Of a stretch of 64,000 nt of DNA, positions 54,834-64,000 are shown in pieces. Source of the stretch: Vicugna vicugna (lineage: Eukaryota); the NCBI GenBank assembly GCA_013265495.1, contig MU058221.1, forward strand, positions 5,006,066 through 5,070,065, written 5' to 3'. How positions within the stretch are numbered: position 1 is the first letter of the stretch; every line of letters starts with the position of its first letter. A model generated the notes under the pieces. It was not told where the DNA came from, ran no database searches, and saw only the letters and a list, made by a program, of their open reading frames with translations. The translations under genes and the position numbers were made by a program.

Positions 54834-55400
54834 CTGCCCACCTAGGAAGGTCCCGGCCAGCGCAGCCAGGTCCTCCCTCAGCCACCCTCCACTGTCACCT
54901 CTCTTAGTTGCTCCTCTTCCTCCTACATCTGCTTGTCAGGCTCCGTTTCCTCCCAGCCTGCCCCACCCCACCTTTCCACTTCCCTTGCCTTCTTTCTGGG
55001 CGGCCCCTCCATCGGCCCCACCCTTGGGCTCCTCCCCCAGCCTGTGCCGAGGCCCTGTCCTAGGACAGGAAAGGGTAAACTGTGCTGGGGCTCTGATGGA
55101 GATCTGGCACTGTGGGCTGCCAGGGAGGATGGCAGGGCTGGCTCCTCAGAGGCCCTCACGGCGAGGCAGGAGGCCCACCCCAGCTCACAGCGCCCCCGCA
55201 GTGGCCTCAGCCAGCTGCAGGCGGGGACTGGCAGCTCTGAGTCTGGGACACGCGAGGGAAACCACAGGAAAGCTGGGACTGGCCACATGCCCCACGCACC
55301 AGCCTCATGGGGCAAGCGCGGCCGCCGGCCCGGCCTCTGCGGGGTTAGTCACTTTTCCTGGGTGGGGTCGCCGCCTCTGCACCATGTTCTCCTCCTCCCC
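54834..55400 (-). promoter_or_regulatory. Candidate proximal CAPG promoter and non-coding first exon
   Basis: Good donor CAG|GTGAGG on minus (exon edge 54834), ETS/PU.1-like GAGGAA cores (~54918, ~54947), GC-rich upstream with an AP-1-like TTAGTCA (~55345). The ATG exon has an acceptor, so an upstream non-coding exon must exist; its position here is inferred. Confidence 0.4.
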
Positions 55401-55620
55401 GGACCTGTCTTTCTCCTTGCCCTGAATGCAGACATTTGATTTTTTTTTTTTTAAAGTTCAGTTCTGAGGGTGTAGCTGAGGACTGTGAAACACTTTTGCA
55501 GGGTCCTGCACCCCGGAAGCCTCTGAAGTCCACCCCTGCTCAGCTTCTCCTTCACCAGGTGTTAACTGTCACAGTCTTGGCTCTGGGAGCTCTGAGGGAC
55601 AGCACCGAGAATAAGCGTGC

Positions 55621-55758
55621 CAGAGCAAGTCACTTGTGCTTTCAGGGCCTCCATATCTCCTTGGGAGAGTGAGCAAGCGAGTTGGACCAGACTAGCTCTA
55701 GGGCCTTACGATGTGATGGAGGCAAGATGGCCCCTGAAAGCACAAGTGACTTGCTCTG
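55621..55758. repeat. Perfect 27-bp inverted repeat with an 84-bp spacer
   Basis: CAGAGCAAGTCACTTGTGCTTTCAGGG (55621-55647) and its exact reverse complement at 55732-55758. Confidence 0.95.
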
Positions 55759-56899
55759 TGATCACACAGGGAGCAGGAGGCAGAGCAAGGGAGCTTCCAT
55801 TCCCTCCAGAGCCTGCTGCGGAGGAGGCAACAGAGTGCGTGTGTGTGCCAGGAGAAAGTGATGCCGCCACGCACACAGGGCCCCTCAGCCCAGGACACTG
55901 GCCCACCTGTCCTGGACACAGGCCTGGCCTGGACCCGGGCTAGTCAGCAGGCTAGTTAGAGTTAAGACGTAGCCTTCAAGTGGCCCCACCCAGGTGGCAG
56001 CAGTGGGGGCAGTGAAACTGACTCAATCCCTTTGTTAAAATTTCTGGACCGGAACAAGTTAAGAAGTTAAATATTTTCTTCAAAGAACACAAACTCTAGC
56101 TGGCACCTGAGTGTCTCCACGGCCTTAAAAAGAGGGTAGTCTGGGTTGGAATCCCAGCAGGGTCTTGTCCCCATGAGACCAGAGGCTGGGCAGATAACCT
56201 GGTAGAATGGAAGGTTGGAAAGTTTGGCTACTTACTGGTGATGCTTCCTCCAACAAATGACTTAGCTTTCTGGAGCCTCCCTGTGCCCTATCTGTAAAAT
56301 GGGCATGAAGATAACCGTGAAGATTTAATTAGATGGTATAATTAATTAGCAAATAATAGACGCTCAATAAGCTTAGATGGCTTTCTTTTCTTAACACAGT
56401 TTACCATGGAACCTCAGTAACAAATACCCTGCACCTCAGGATGCAACGTCTCTGCCCCCTCCCCCAGCTCACGGTTTAGCAAGAGGATGGAAAGTTAAAC
56501 CACAGATCACCCTTCCTGGCCCTGCCACCACCCCGCCCCAGTGAGATTCACTTTCTGGTCTGCACTGGTGCAGAACCCGGGTGGCTTTTTAGCTCCGGAC
56601 TCCGCAGTGACCAAAGTCACAAGGATGAACGAGTGTGTGCTCTCTCCCCACACTGGAGCCTCACCTGGCTAAAAAGATGGCTCCATCACCACAGGGGAAA
56701 AAGAGGTTTGCAAATTAGCAGAGAAACAAAAGAGCAGGACACTCGGCCCGAGCGCCCGGGAACTCTTACAAAGCACGCATTAATGATATTTTCTGGTAAC
56801 CAGACTCTTACATTTGTTTTTTATCAGACTCACAGTTTTCCTCCCCGCCGGTCTCCCCAGCAGGAATGACCAGTTCGTCCCAAATGGAGTCAAAGAAAG

Positions 56900-57300
56900 C
56901 ATTACTTTAGCACGGACCCGCCCCCTCCCGCCCCTCCTTACGGGAAGCCAGGAGACGTGAATAGACACGTGGGTGCGGCCCTAAGAGAGGAGGGGGGAGC
57001 GGGGCGCCCCGAGGAGGCGGCCCCGAGCCAGCTGAGCCCCTTCGTCCGGCACTGAGGAGCCCGGACGCCGGGTGGTTAGAGCCCAAAGCGCGACTTGCCT
57101 GCCACCGCCTCGCTGGGTTGTTCCGGCCGCGGTCCCCACCCCGGCCCTCGACATCCAGAAGCCGCCCCGAGTGAGTCAGAGGGAGGGGCCGAGCGGGCCT
57201 GGGCCGGCTGGGGGCGCTGCTGAGCCCGCCCCTCGCAGCAGCCCCTCCCAGGAGACTAGGGCGCCTAAAGGCACCTAGACTAGGGGCGGATGCTGGGAAA
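56900..57300. promoter_or_regulatory. Small CpG island, likely an alternative CAPG promoter or enhancer
   Basis: CpG/GC-box-rich, with an E-box CACGTG (~56967) and AP-1 TGAGTCA at 57172-57178. Confidence 0.55.
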
Positions 57301-58224
57301 CTTGTCGAGACCATGGCAGTGTTCGTGGCCCATTCAACTGATCGAGCCTTGGCCTCCATCAACATGGCACAGCTACTGTTCCTTGAGTGCCTACTGTGTA
57401 CTCAGTGATCTTGTTCAGTCCTCACAACTGTCCTCATCATAATGAAGTCTCCGGGAGGCTCAGAGAGGGTAAGTAACTTGTCCAGGGTCACACTGCCAGT
57501 TCAGTAGCAGAACCAGGATTCTAATTCAGGCTGGTCGGGCATCAAAGCCGGTGCTGGAGCTGCAAAACTCACCCTTCCCCTCTTTATTCAGAGGAAAACA
57601 GGCCGGCCAGTAGTGTCTGCACCTGGAGGCTGGGCCTTCAGAAGTGAGTACATAGCACGTGGTCCACACTTCCATATTGGTTTCTGAATGGAGCCATGCC
57701 AGCAGGAGAACCCACCAAGAGGTCAGCTAACAAAAGGCATTAGGATTAGGGTGTGGTCCCGGACACAGTGGTAAGAGGACTTTATCCTTTCTTGGAAATC
57801 GGCTTGAAAATTTTCCAACAGCAGGACTTTCTCTAAGGCCCTCTGATGGGGCCTGAGGTAAGGGAAGCCGTTCAAAGCCTTGTTCTGGGCAACACTGGGC
57901 AGCCACACTCTGCTCCTGAGGAATGCTTTGAAACTACCCTCTTCTGACCAACTGGTCGCCTACAGATTCAGCCTAAATATCCCTCTTCTGAAACATTCAG
58001 TGACCTTGACTCCCTCCTCAGTTCTCCTAGGTGCTCCGGGCATCAGGCCACTGGGCCATTAAGGTCTACAGACTCCATGGGAAAACTTTGCAGCCACACC
58101 CCAGGAGCAAAGATGAAATTGCATCCACGAACAACCTAGTCAGCCCTTGGCTTCTGGACAGCTGAACCCTGCCAAGACCCTGCTAGGCGTAATCCTCCCA
58201 GAGCATTCCCATGTCCTACATTTT

Positions 58225-58315
58225 TCTCTCTCTCTCTCTCTCTCTTTTTTTTTTTTTTTTTTTTTTATTGGGCATGCTAAGCATGCGCTCTACCACTTGA
58301 GCTATACCCTCCCCC
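58225..58315 (-). mobile_element. Internally deleted tRNA-Ala SINE (5' half plus poly(A)/(GA)n tail)
   Basis: Only the A box through the AGC anticodon arm is present; flanked by CCCAT(G/T)TCCTACATTTT at 58208-58224 and 58317-58333. Confidence 0.75.
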
Positions 58316-60201
58316 TCCCATTTCCTACATTTTAAAGGTAAAATTTACAGTGAAATGCACGCATCATAAGTGTACACGTGGATGAGTTCTGACATATGCA
58401 AACACCCATATAACCCACAGGATATAAAACACTTCCACCACCAGAAATTTCCCTCACCACCACTTTTATCACCTGTCGCTTTTGCCTTCCCCATCACACT
58501 GTTAGCTCCTCTATCCCAGAGACTATAACAGGTCATTCCCTGCGATCCCTGCACCCACCAGAGCACCCAGCAGGTAACAGACACTCAAAATAATTTTGTT
58601 TTTACCTGAATGTATTAACAGATTAGAAAGCAAAGTCCCCAAATTCTAGTACTGCCCTTAGCCTCATCACCTTGGGAAAGTCACTTAAATCTTCCGAACT
58701 ACAGGTTCCTCCCATGTGAAGTGAGGACAGTTACCCCAGACCTCCTAACCCGAGGGATAGTGGGGCTCCAATGAGTTGACCTACGGGAGGCACTTTGAGA
58801 AAAACGAAGTCCTAGACATGTGGAGGATGCCATGGTCTTTATTATTAATGGAGTCCTAAGACAAACATCTGGCTGAAAGAAACCAGGACAGGGAGGCTTC
58901 GGAGACTGGCTTCCGGCCTTTGGCTACTTGGGCTCTGGCCAAGGTCTGGGACCTCCCAAGGTGGCAGCCTGTGTCTGTGGACCCAGGCTATGGACTGATT
59001 TCCCGAGCTAAGAATTTCCTGAAGTTGCAAAGGATCCTCCCCAAGTGAGTTTCCCAGCCTGGCTTCTAACTACCTGCCATGTGGCCCTGTCTGTCCGAGC
59101 CTGTTTCCCATCTGTAACATGCAGGCACTAGACGAGGAGTCCCTTCTGGGTCCTCTGACTCCAATCCTGAGGGCAGATCAGGCTAAGCTGTTGTACTTCC
59201 TCAGCCTGGGGGGATGACAAGGGCCTGTCACAATACCTAAAACTTCCAATGTCACTACTCTGCCAGAATATTCCCTTGAAGGCATTGACTTAGGATGCCG
59301 CTAGCCTTTACATTTGACTTGCAATGAATTTTTCTAGATCATTTCAACTGCTCTGAGGAATAGCCAGGGGTCTGGATGGCCATATTTTCTGAATAAAGCT
59401 CATGACTAGGAAGTTTGTTTTCAATCACTGCTGGGTGCTCAGAGGCATCCTGGACTGTGACACCCTGGAATTCCTTGGTGATCTATAGGGAAAATGGGAT
59501 TGTCCAGTACAGCATGAACAGGCAGGCCAGGAGAAGCTCGGGTGGAGCATCATGGTGGCGGGGAGGGCACTGAGTGATTGGGGCAGGAGGGGTTGTCCCC
59601 AAGGAGGATACGAGAGGACAGGTTTACCCCCTCAAGGCCAGTGTCACACTGGGTCCTCAACACCACTGTACGGTCATAAGAGCTAACACTCTTGAGAGTT
59701 GGCACTATATGCCAGACGCTGCCTTCATATGATTTTCTCATTTAATCCTCCCATTCACCCTCTAAAAGTAGATCCTCTCATTATCCTCATCTTACAGATG
59801 GAGGCATCTTACAGAAATGGAGGCAAAGTGGGATCAAAATAACTTGCTCCAGGACTCCCTTAGTAAGTGGCAGAGCCAGGTAGGACACCACGCCTCCCCT
59901 CCCAACCACTGCACCCAGCCTCTTGCGGTGGAGCGGGGCTGAGACAGCCTCCCCTCCTCCCTGCCAGACCCTGCTCTCCCTCCTCCTCTCCCAAGGCCTG
60001 TCCTGCTCTTAGCGTTGAATGCTACTGCCAGCTCAGAGTCCTTTGCAGATAAGAGACTATCTCTGCTCACCCTCCAGATACTGTACTTAAAAAAAAAAAT
60101 TATTTCAAAATAATTACAGACTCTCAAGAAGTTACAAAAGTAAAGCAGAGTGCTGATACATGCTACTACCCGGAAGAATTTTTTAAAACATCATAAGAGA
60201 A

Positions 60202-60335
60202 GGGGAGGGGATATAGCACAAGGTCCTGGGTTAAATCCCCAGCACCTCCTCTAAAAATAAAGCAAGTAAGTAAACCTAGTTACCTCCCCCCTCTAAATAA
60301 ATAAATAATAAAACTAAACAAGGCTTAAAAAAAAA
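60202..60335 (+). mobile_element. tRNA-Ala SINE with an internal deletion
   Basis: GGGGAGGGATATAGC joined directly to ACAAGGTCCTGGGTTAAATCCCC; standard tail. Confidence 0.75.
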
Positions 60336-60339
60336 TCAT

Positions 60340-60625
60340 GAAAGAAACATTGTGAAAGAGGCCAGTCACAAAAGATCACATATTATATGATTTCATTAAA
60401 ATGAACTGTTCAGAATAGGCAAATCTTTAGAAATAGGAAATAGATTAGTAGTTGCCTAGGTCTGGAAGGGTTAGGGAATTTTGGGGGTGACTGCTAATGG
60501 GTATAGGTTTCTTTTGGCAGGGTGATGAAACTGTTCTAAAATTAGATTGGGGTGATGGTCACACAACTCTGAGAATATACTAGAAAACATTGGATTGTAT
60601 ACTCAATAAAGCTGTGAACAAATGG
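60340..60625 (+). mobile_element. Old L1 3'UTR fragment
   Basis: GCCAGTCACAAAAGATCACATATTATATGATT...GATGAAACTGTTCTAAAATTAGAT...CTCAATAAAGCTG. Confidence 0.75.
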
Positions 60626-60899
60626 AAAAACAAAACAGTTTTGTATGTTTGAGTGGTAAGGCCAGCCTTGATTCATTTGCACCCCACGTTAAAAAAAAAA
60701 AACTGTAGAGAGAGGTTCCACGTACTTATCACCCAGCTTCTCCTAATGGGGACACCTTGCATAACTACAGTGAGTGTACCTTTCCCTTTATCCTGTTGCT
60801 CCTGAAGACCCAGCGCCTTTTCTCCAGGGCTTAAGAGTTCGGATACTGACAATAACATCTCACCCGTGCCCCAGGCTTTACAGTTTACAGACCTCCTAA

Positions 60900-60931
60900 A
60901 CACACACACACACACATACACACACACACAC
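60900..60931. repeat. (CA)n microsatellite
   Basis: Imperfect CA dinucleotide run. Confidence 0.9.
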
Positions 60932-61179
60932 CCTGCCACATGATCCTCAAAGCAAACACGTGGGCAGGGTCGCCCCATTTCTTGGCTTTCAGGGTCACAA
61001 GAGTCTTCCTCCCTCCCAGGGCTCCTTCTGTAGGGTTGTTAAATTTGGCAAATAAAACTTCTGTCTGACAACCCTGAAAGGTAATCAGCTGTCAAGTGCT
61101 CAGCCAGCCCTGGGCGGATCTGGTCATCATTACGGGACACCACTGACCGCAGACCCTTAAGACCAGAAAAGGTCCCGGA

Positions 61180-62000
61180 CCATCGCCTCGCCCAGCCTTG
61201 CCCACCGGGGCCTGGAGTCCTCGGCCCGGTCTGGCTTTCTCCCCCTCCTTTCTCTCCTGGCTTTCCACTCTGGCCTGGCTCGGCCGGAGACCAGGGCACG
61301 CCCGGGCCAGAGCGCACCCGTCTTCGTGCCTCTTCTGCGCGTCTACCTATTGGTCCTGCCGGCACCGGCAGACACATCGCGGGGTCGACCGGTAGGCAGC
61401 AAGGGCCAGAGGGAGCCCGGCTGGAGTTGCGACCCCGCGCCAGGCCTAGTGGCCAGATCCAGAGCCCTCGGGAAAAAGTGGAAATAAGGACGGCACCACG
61501 CGGGGTCCGGGTGGGACTCCCAGCCCCAGCCCGAACTACAAATCCCAGCAGGAGCGGGCCGCGAGGTGGGGCCTCGGGAGCGACGGCCGGCGATCCCCGC
61601 GCCACGCCCGGGTCCTGGGGGCCCTTGGGGGCGAGGTCAGGAGGACCGCGACGCTACAGCGGACCTCGGGACACACTCACACTCGCACACAAACACGCAG
61701 GCGCGCGCGCGCACTGGCTGTGTTGGCCCCGCCTCCACGAACTACAAACCCCAACAGGCCGTGGGCCGCGGGGCGGGGCCTCCGGGAGGGAGGCGCTCCC
61801 GGCCGGAAGCTAGAGTCCCGCGCGGTGGGATTCCCCAGCTCCGGGTGGGGCTCGGGTCTCCCCTGCCGCGGGGAGGCGGCCCTGCTCTCCCAGCAGCCCG
61901 GCTCCCTGCCCCGCACACAGTGCTCCACCGTGAGGCCGCTGGCCCCAGCCCTACTCCCCGATCCTGAGTGCCGCCCCGCCTTCCCGACCGAGCTGGGGCT
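61180..62000. promoter_or_regulatory. CpG-island promoter with two ACTACAnnTCCC-type (ZNF143/THAP11) motifs; probably a distal CAPG / SH2D6 bidirectional promoter
   Basis: ACTACAAATCCCAGCA at 61535-61550 and ACTACAAACCCCAACA at 61741-61756, GCGCGCGCGCGC at ~61701, GC box, CCGGAAG at ~61803. A + strand donor CAG|GTAAG at 62305 suggests a + strand first exon. The SH2D6 assignment rests on recalled synteny only. Confidence 0.65.
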
Positions 62001-63214
62001 GTCGGAGAAGGGGATGGCAGGTGGGCGCTTGGGCCAGTCTCCTTGCAGGGACGCAGTGAGCCTCCTTGACCTTCTTCTCCATCGCCTGGAGCGAACTCCC
62101 TTTTCCTGGAGGGAGGAGCAGCCCAAACCCTGAGGCAGGACTAAGCCTGTTAGGGTATCTGTATGGCCTGCAGGTCTCCTGGAGAAGCCCAGGGAAGGCC
62201 AGGGTCCTCCTGAGTCCTGGGGTGTAGGTTCGGATGTTCGATCCTCGGTGTCTGACGGCTCTTAGCGCCCTGCACCCAGCCATCAGCTATACATGGCAGA
62301 GCCAGGTAAGGCGCAGGGGCTGCCAGGAAGTAATAACCCGGGCACTCTTCTTCAGTATGCTCCCTCTCAAAGTGCTCTGTTCACACCTCAGCGTCAAGCA
62401 CCAGGACTCTTGTCCTAAGTCCCAGGTTGCATAAGGATCCACTGAGATACTACAGAAGGGACTTACCCAACCCCTTCTGTGCCAGTCAGGAACTGCTTGG
62501 TGGGGTGAGCCGAGCTGAGGTCTCTCTCCCTAGGCCTCTTCTCAGCTGATTTCTGGCTCCCAAGTGAGGATTCAGGTTACACCTGTATCGGGAGCAGTGA
62601 CACCACAGTGGCCAGCAACACATTGGACTTTCTGTCTCCAACCCCATTTTCAGCGTTTACACTTCCTGATCTGACCATATACTGCTGTGTCCCTGACCAT
62701 CAAGGCAGATAGGAAAATACCTGACTTTTGAAGGTCTAGCCATGACCCTGTAATGTCAGTGAGATTTTATTCTTCTGTAAGTTAGATTAAGACCAGCTAT
62801 TTCCTGGAAATATTCCATTTAATCTTGAAATAATTAGAAACGACTCCAGAAAGGATGTTCAAAGTAGAACACGCAGATTCCTTTTGGTAACAGGAGTAGG
62901 AGTCACATTAACTAGTCAGGTGGTCTCTAAGCATGTCCATTGCTGCCTGGGAAGTTACCAAAGTCTTGGTTTTCCAAGTATTTCTGTTAAGACAACCAGC
63001 CTTTTGTTGAGTATCCCCTCTGCCCCTAGATACCAGAGATAGGTACCATAGAAACTTGGAGACAGCCCATGCCCCAGTCCCTGTGCTCTTTGTAAGAGCC
63101 CATTCTCTCCTGCTTTCCAGGGCGTAGCACTAGACTCTTGAATCAGTAAGAGCCTATGTGACTTACCCACGATGTGCCAAAGCCATTAATGCCTATCCCT
63201 GCTTCCTGAAGATC

Positions 63215-63706
63215 TGTTATCGACCCAAATTTGGGTCTACTTGCCCGTGGGAAGCAAAGCCAATCTACTGACATCTGGGTGTGGTGAAGGAAAGTACAGT
63301 TTATTGCAGGGTGCCTAGCAAGGAGCTCAGGACAGCTAGTGCTCAAAAAACCTGAACTCTCAGATGGTTTTGAGCAAAGCATTTTTAAAGGCAAGTCAAG
63401 GGAGAGGTGTCCCAGGGTCTGTGATCAGCTCGTGCATGATTCTGATTGGTTGATGGTGAGGTAACAGGGCAGTGTCACAGGGGTTAACATTATCAGTCCT
63501 TTGGCGCCAGTAGGTCTGGGGGCCACATGCTCAGAATCAGCAAGTAGTTAATTTCTTCCATTTGGTGGTGGATTTAGCAGCTGTAAAACAACTCAGGAAA
63601 TGTGCATCAGAGACCATTATCTGGGTACTTCAGAGAGGAGCTACAACAGACGATATGGGGGAGGGGTCTGTCCTGAGAAGGCCCCATAGGGTCCTCCGGG
63701 GTTACA
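63215..63706 (-). mobile_element. Solo LTR, ERV1-class (492 bp)
   Basis: TGTTA...TTACA termini; perfect 4-bp TSD GATC (63211-63214, 63707-63710); minus-strand AATAAA at 63300-63305. Confidence 0.85.
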
Positions 63707-64000
63707 GATCCAGCCAGCAGGGTGCAGTTAAAGTTACAGGGCAGTGTTAATATGTCCTTAATAGGGAATATGGCGGAGGGGAAGGTGCTCCCAAAGTTGG
63801 GTTCTTTCCCCTCAGGGCCCTGGGAGTGACTCAGAAACGTACATAGTCTATGCATGGAAGTACCTGCACATACACAGATACCTGATTTTTCCAAGGAAGG
63901 GCCTTGCATCAGTAACTGGATAAAGCCGTTGTGTCGGTGGTCCTGCAGACCACGCCCATTTCTCTCAGCCAGTCTTGGGATGAGGGACAGGCCGCCATGC

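Noticed and set aside
61950..64000. SH2D6 coding exons
   Set aside because: Expected by synteny, but no SH2D6-like coding sequence is recognisable in the window; only a candidate promoter and donor are present.

Overview
Mammalian genomic DNA, probably camelid (inferred from about 12 copies of a tRNA-Ala-derived SINE resembling camelid vic-1), syntenic with the human 2p11.2 block. I reconstructed four intact, spliced protein-coding genes by hand, all with GT-AG introns and continuous reading frames: TGOLN2 (+, 4 coding exons, 268 aa), RETSAT (-, 11 exons, 612 aa), ELMOD3 (+, 11 coding exons, 379 aa) and CAPG (-, 9 coding exons, 349 aa). There are CpG-island promoters at about 3 kb, 23.5 kb (bidirectional RETSAT/ELMOD3), 57 kb and 61.6 kb; the last is probably the CAPG/SH2D6 boundary. 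Repeats include SINEs, L1/L2/MIR pieces, DNA-transposon relics and two solo LTRs with perfect target-site duplications (TSDs). I found no evidence of a new multi-gene system, and nearly all ORFs in the supplied track are intronic, UTR or antisense noise. The best leads are local: (1) a ~296-bp tandem duplication in ELMOD3 whose junction creates a candidate 40-nt poison exon; (2) a perfect 27-bp inverted repeat upstream of CAPG; (3) alternative TGOLN2 C-termini next to an inverted SINE pair; (4) a betaretrovirus-like solo LTR with a 6-bp TSD; (5) an L1 fragment whose TSD duplicated the putative RETSAT poly(A) signal; (6) non-TE duplications in RETSAT introns 1 and 6. Gene identities, repeat family names and cross-species comparisons come from recalled knowledge, not database searches.
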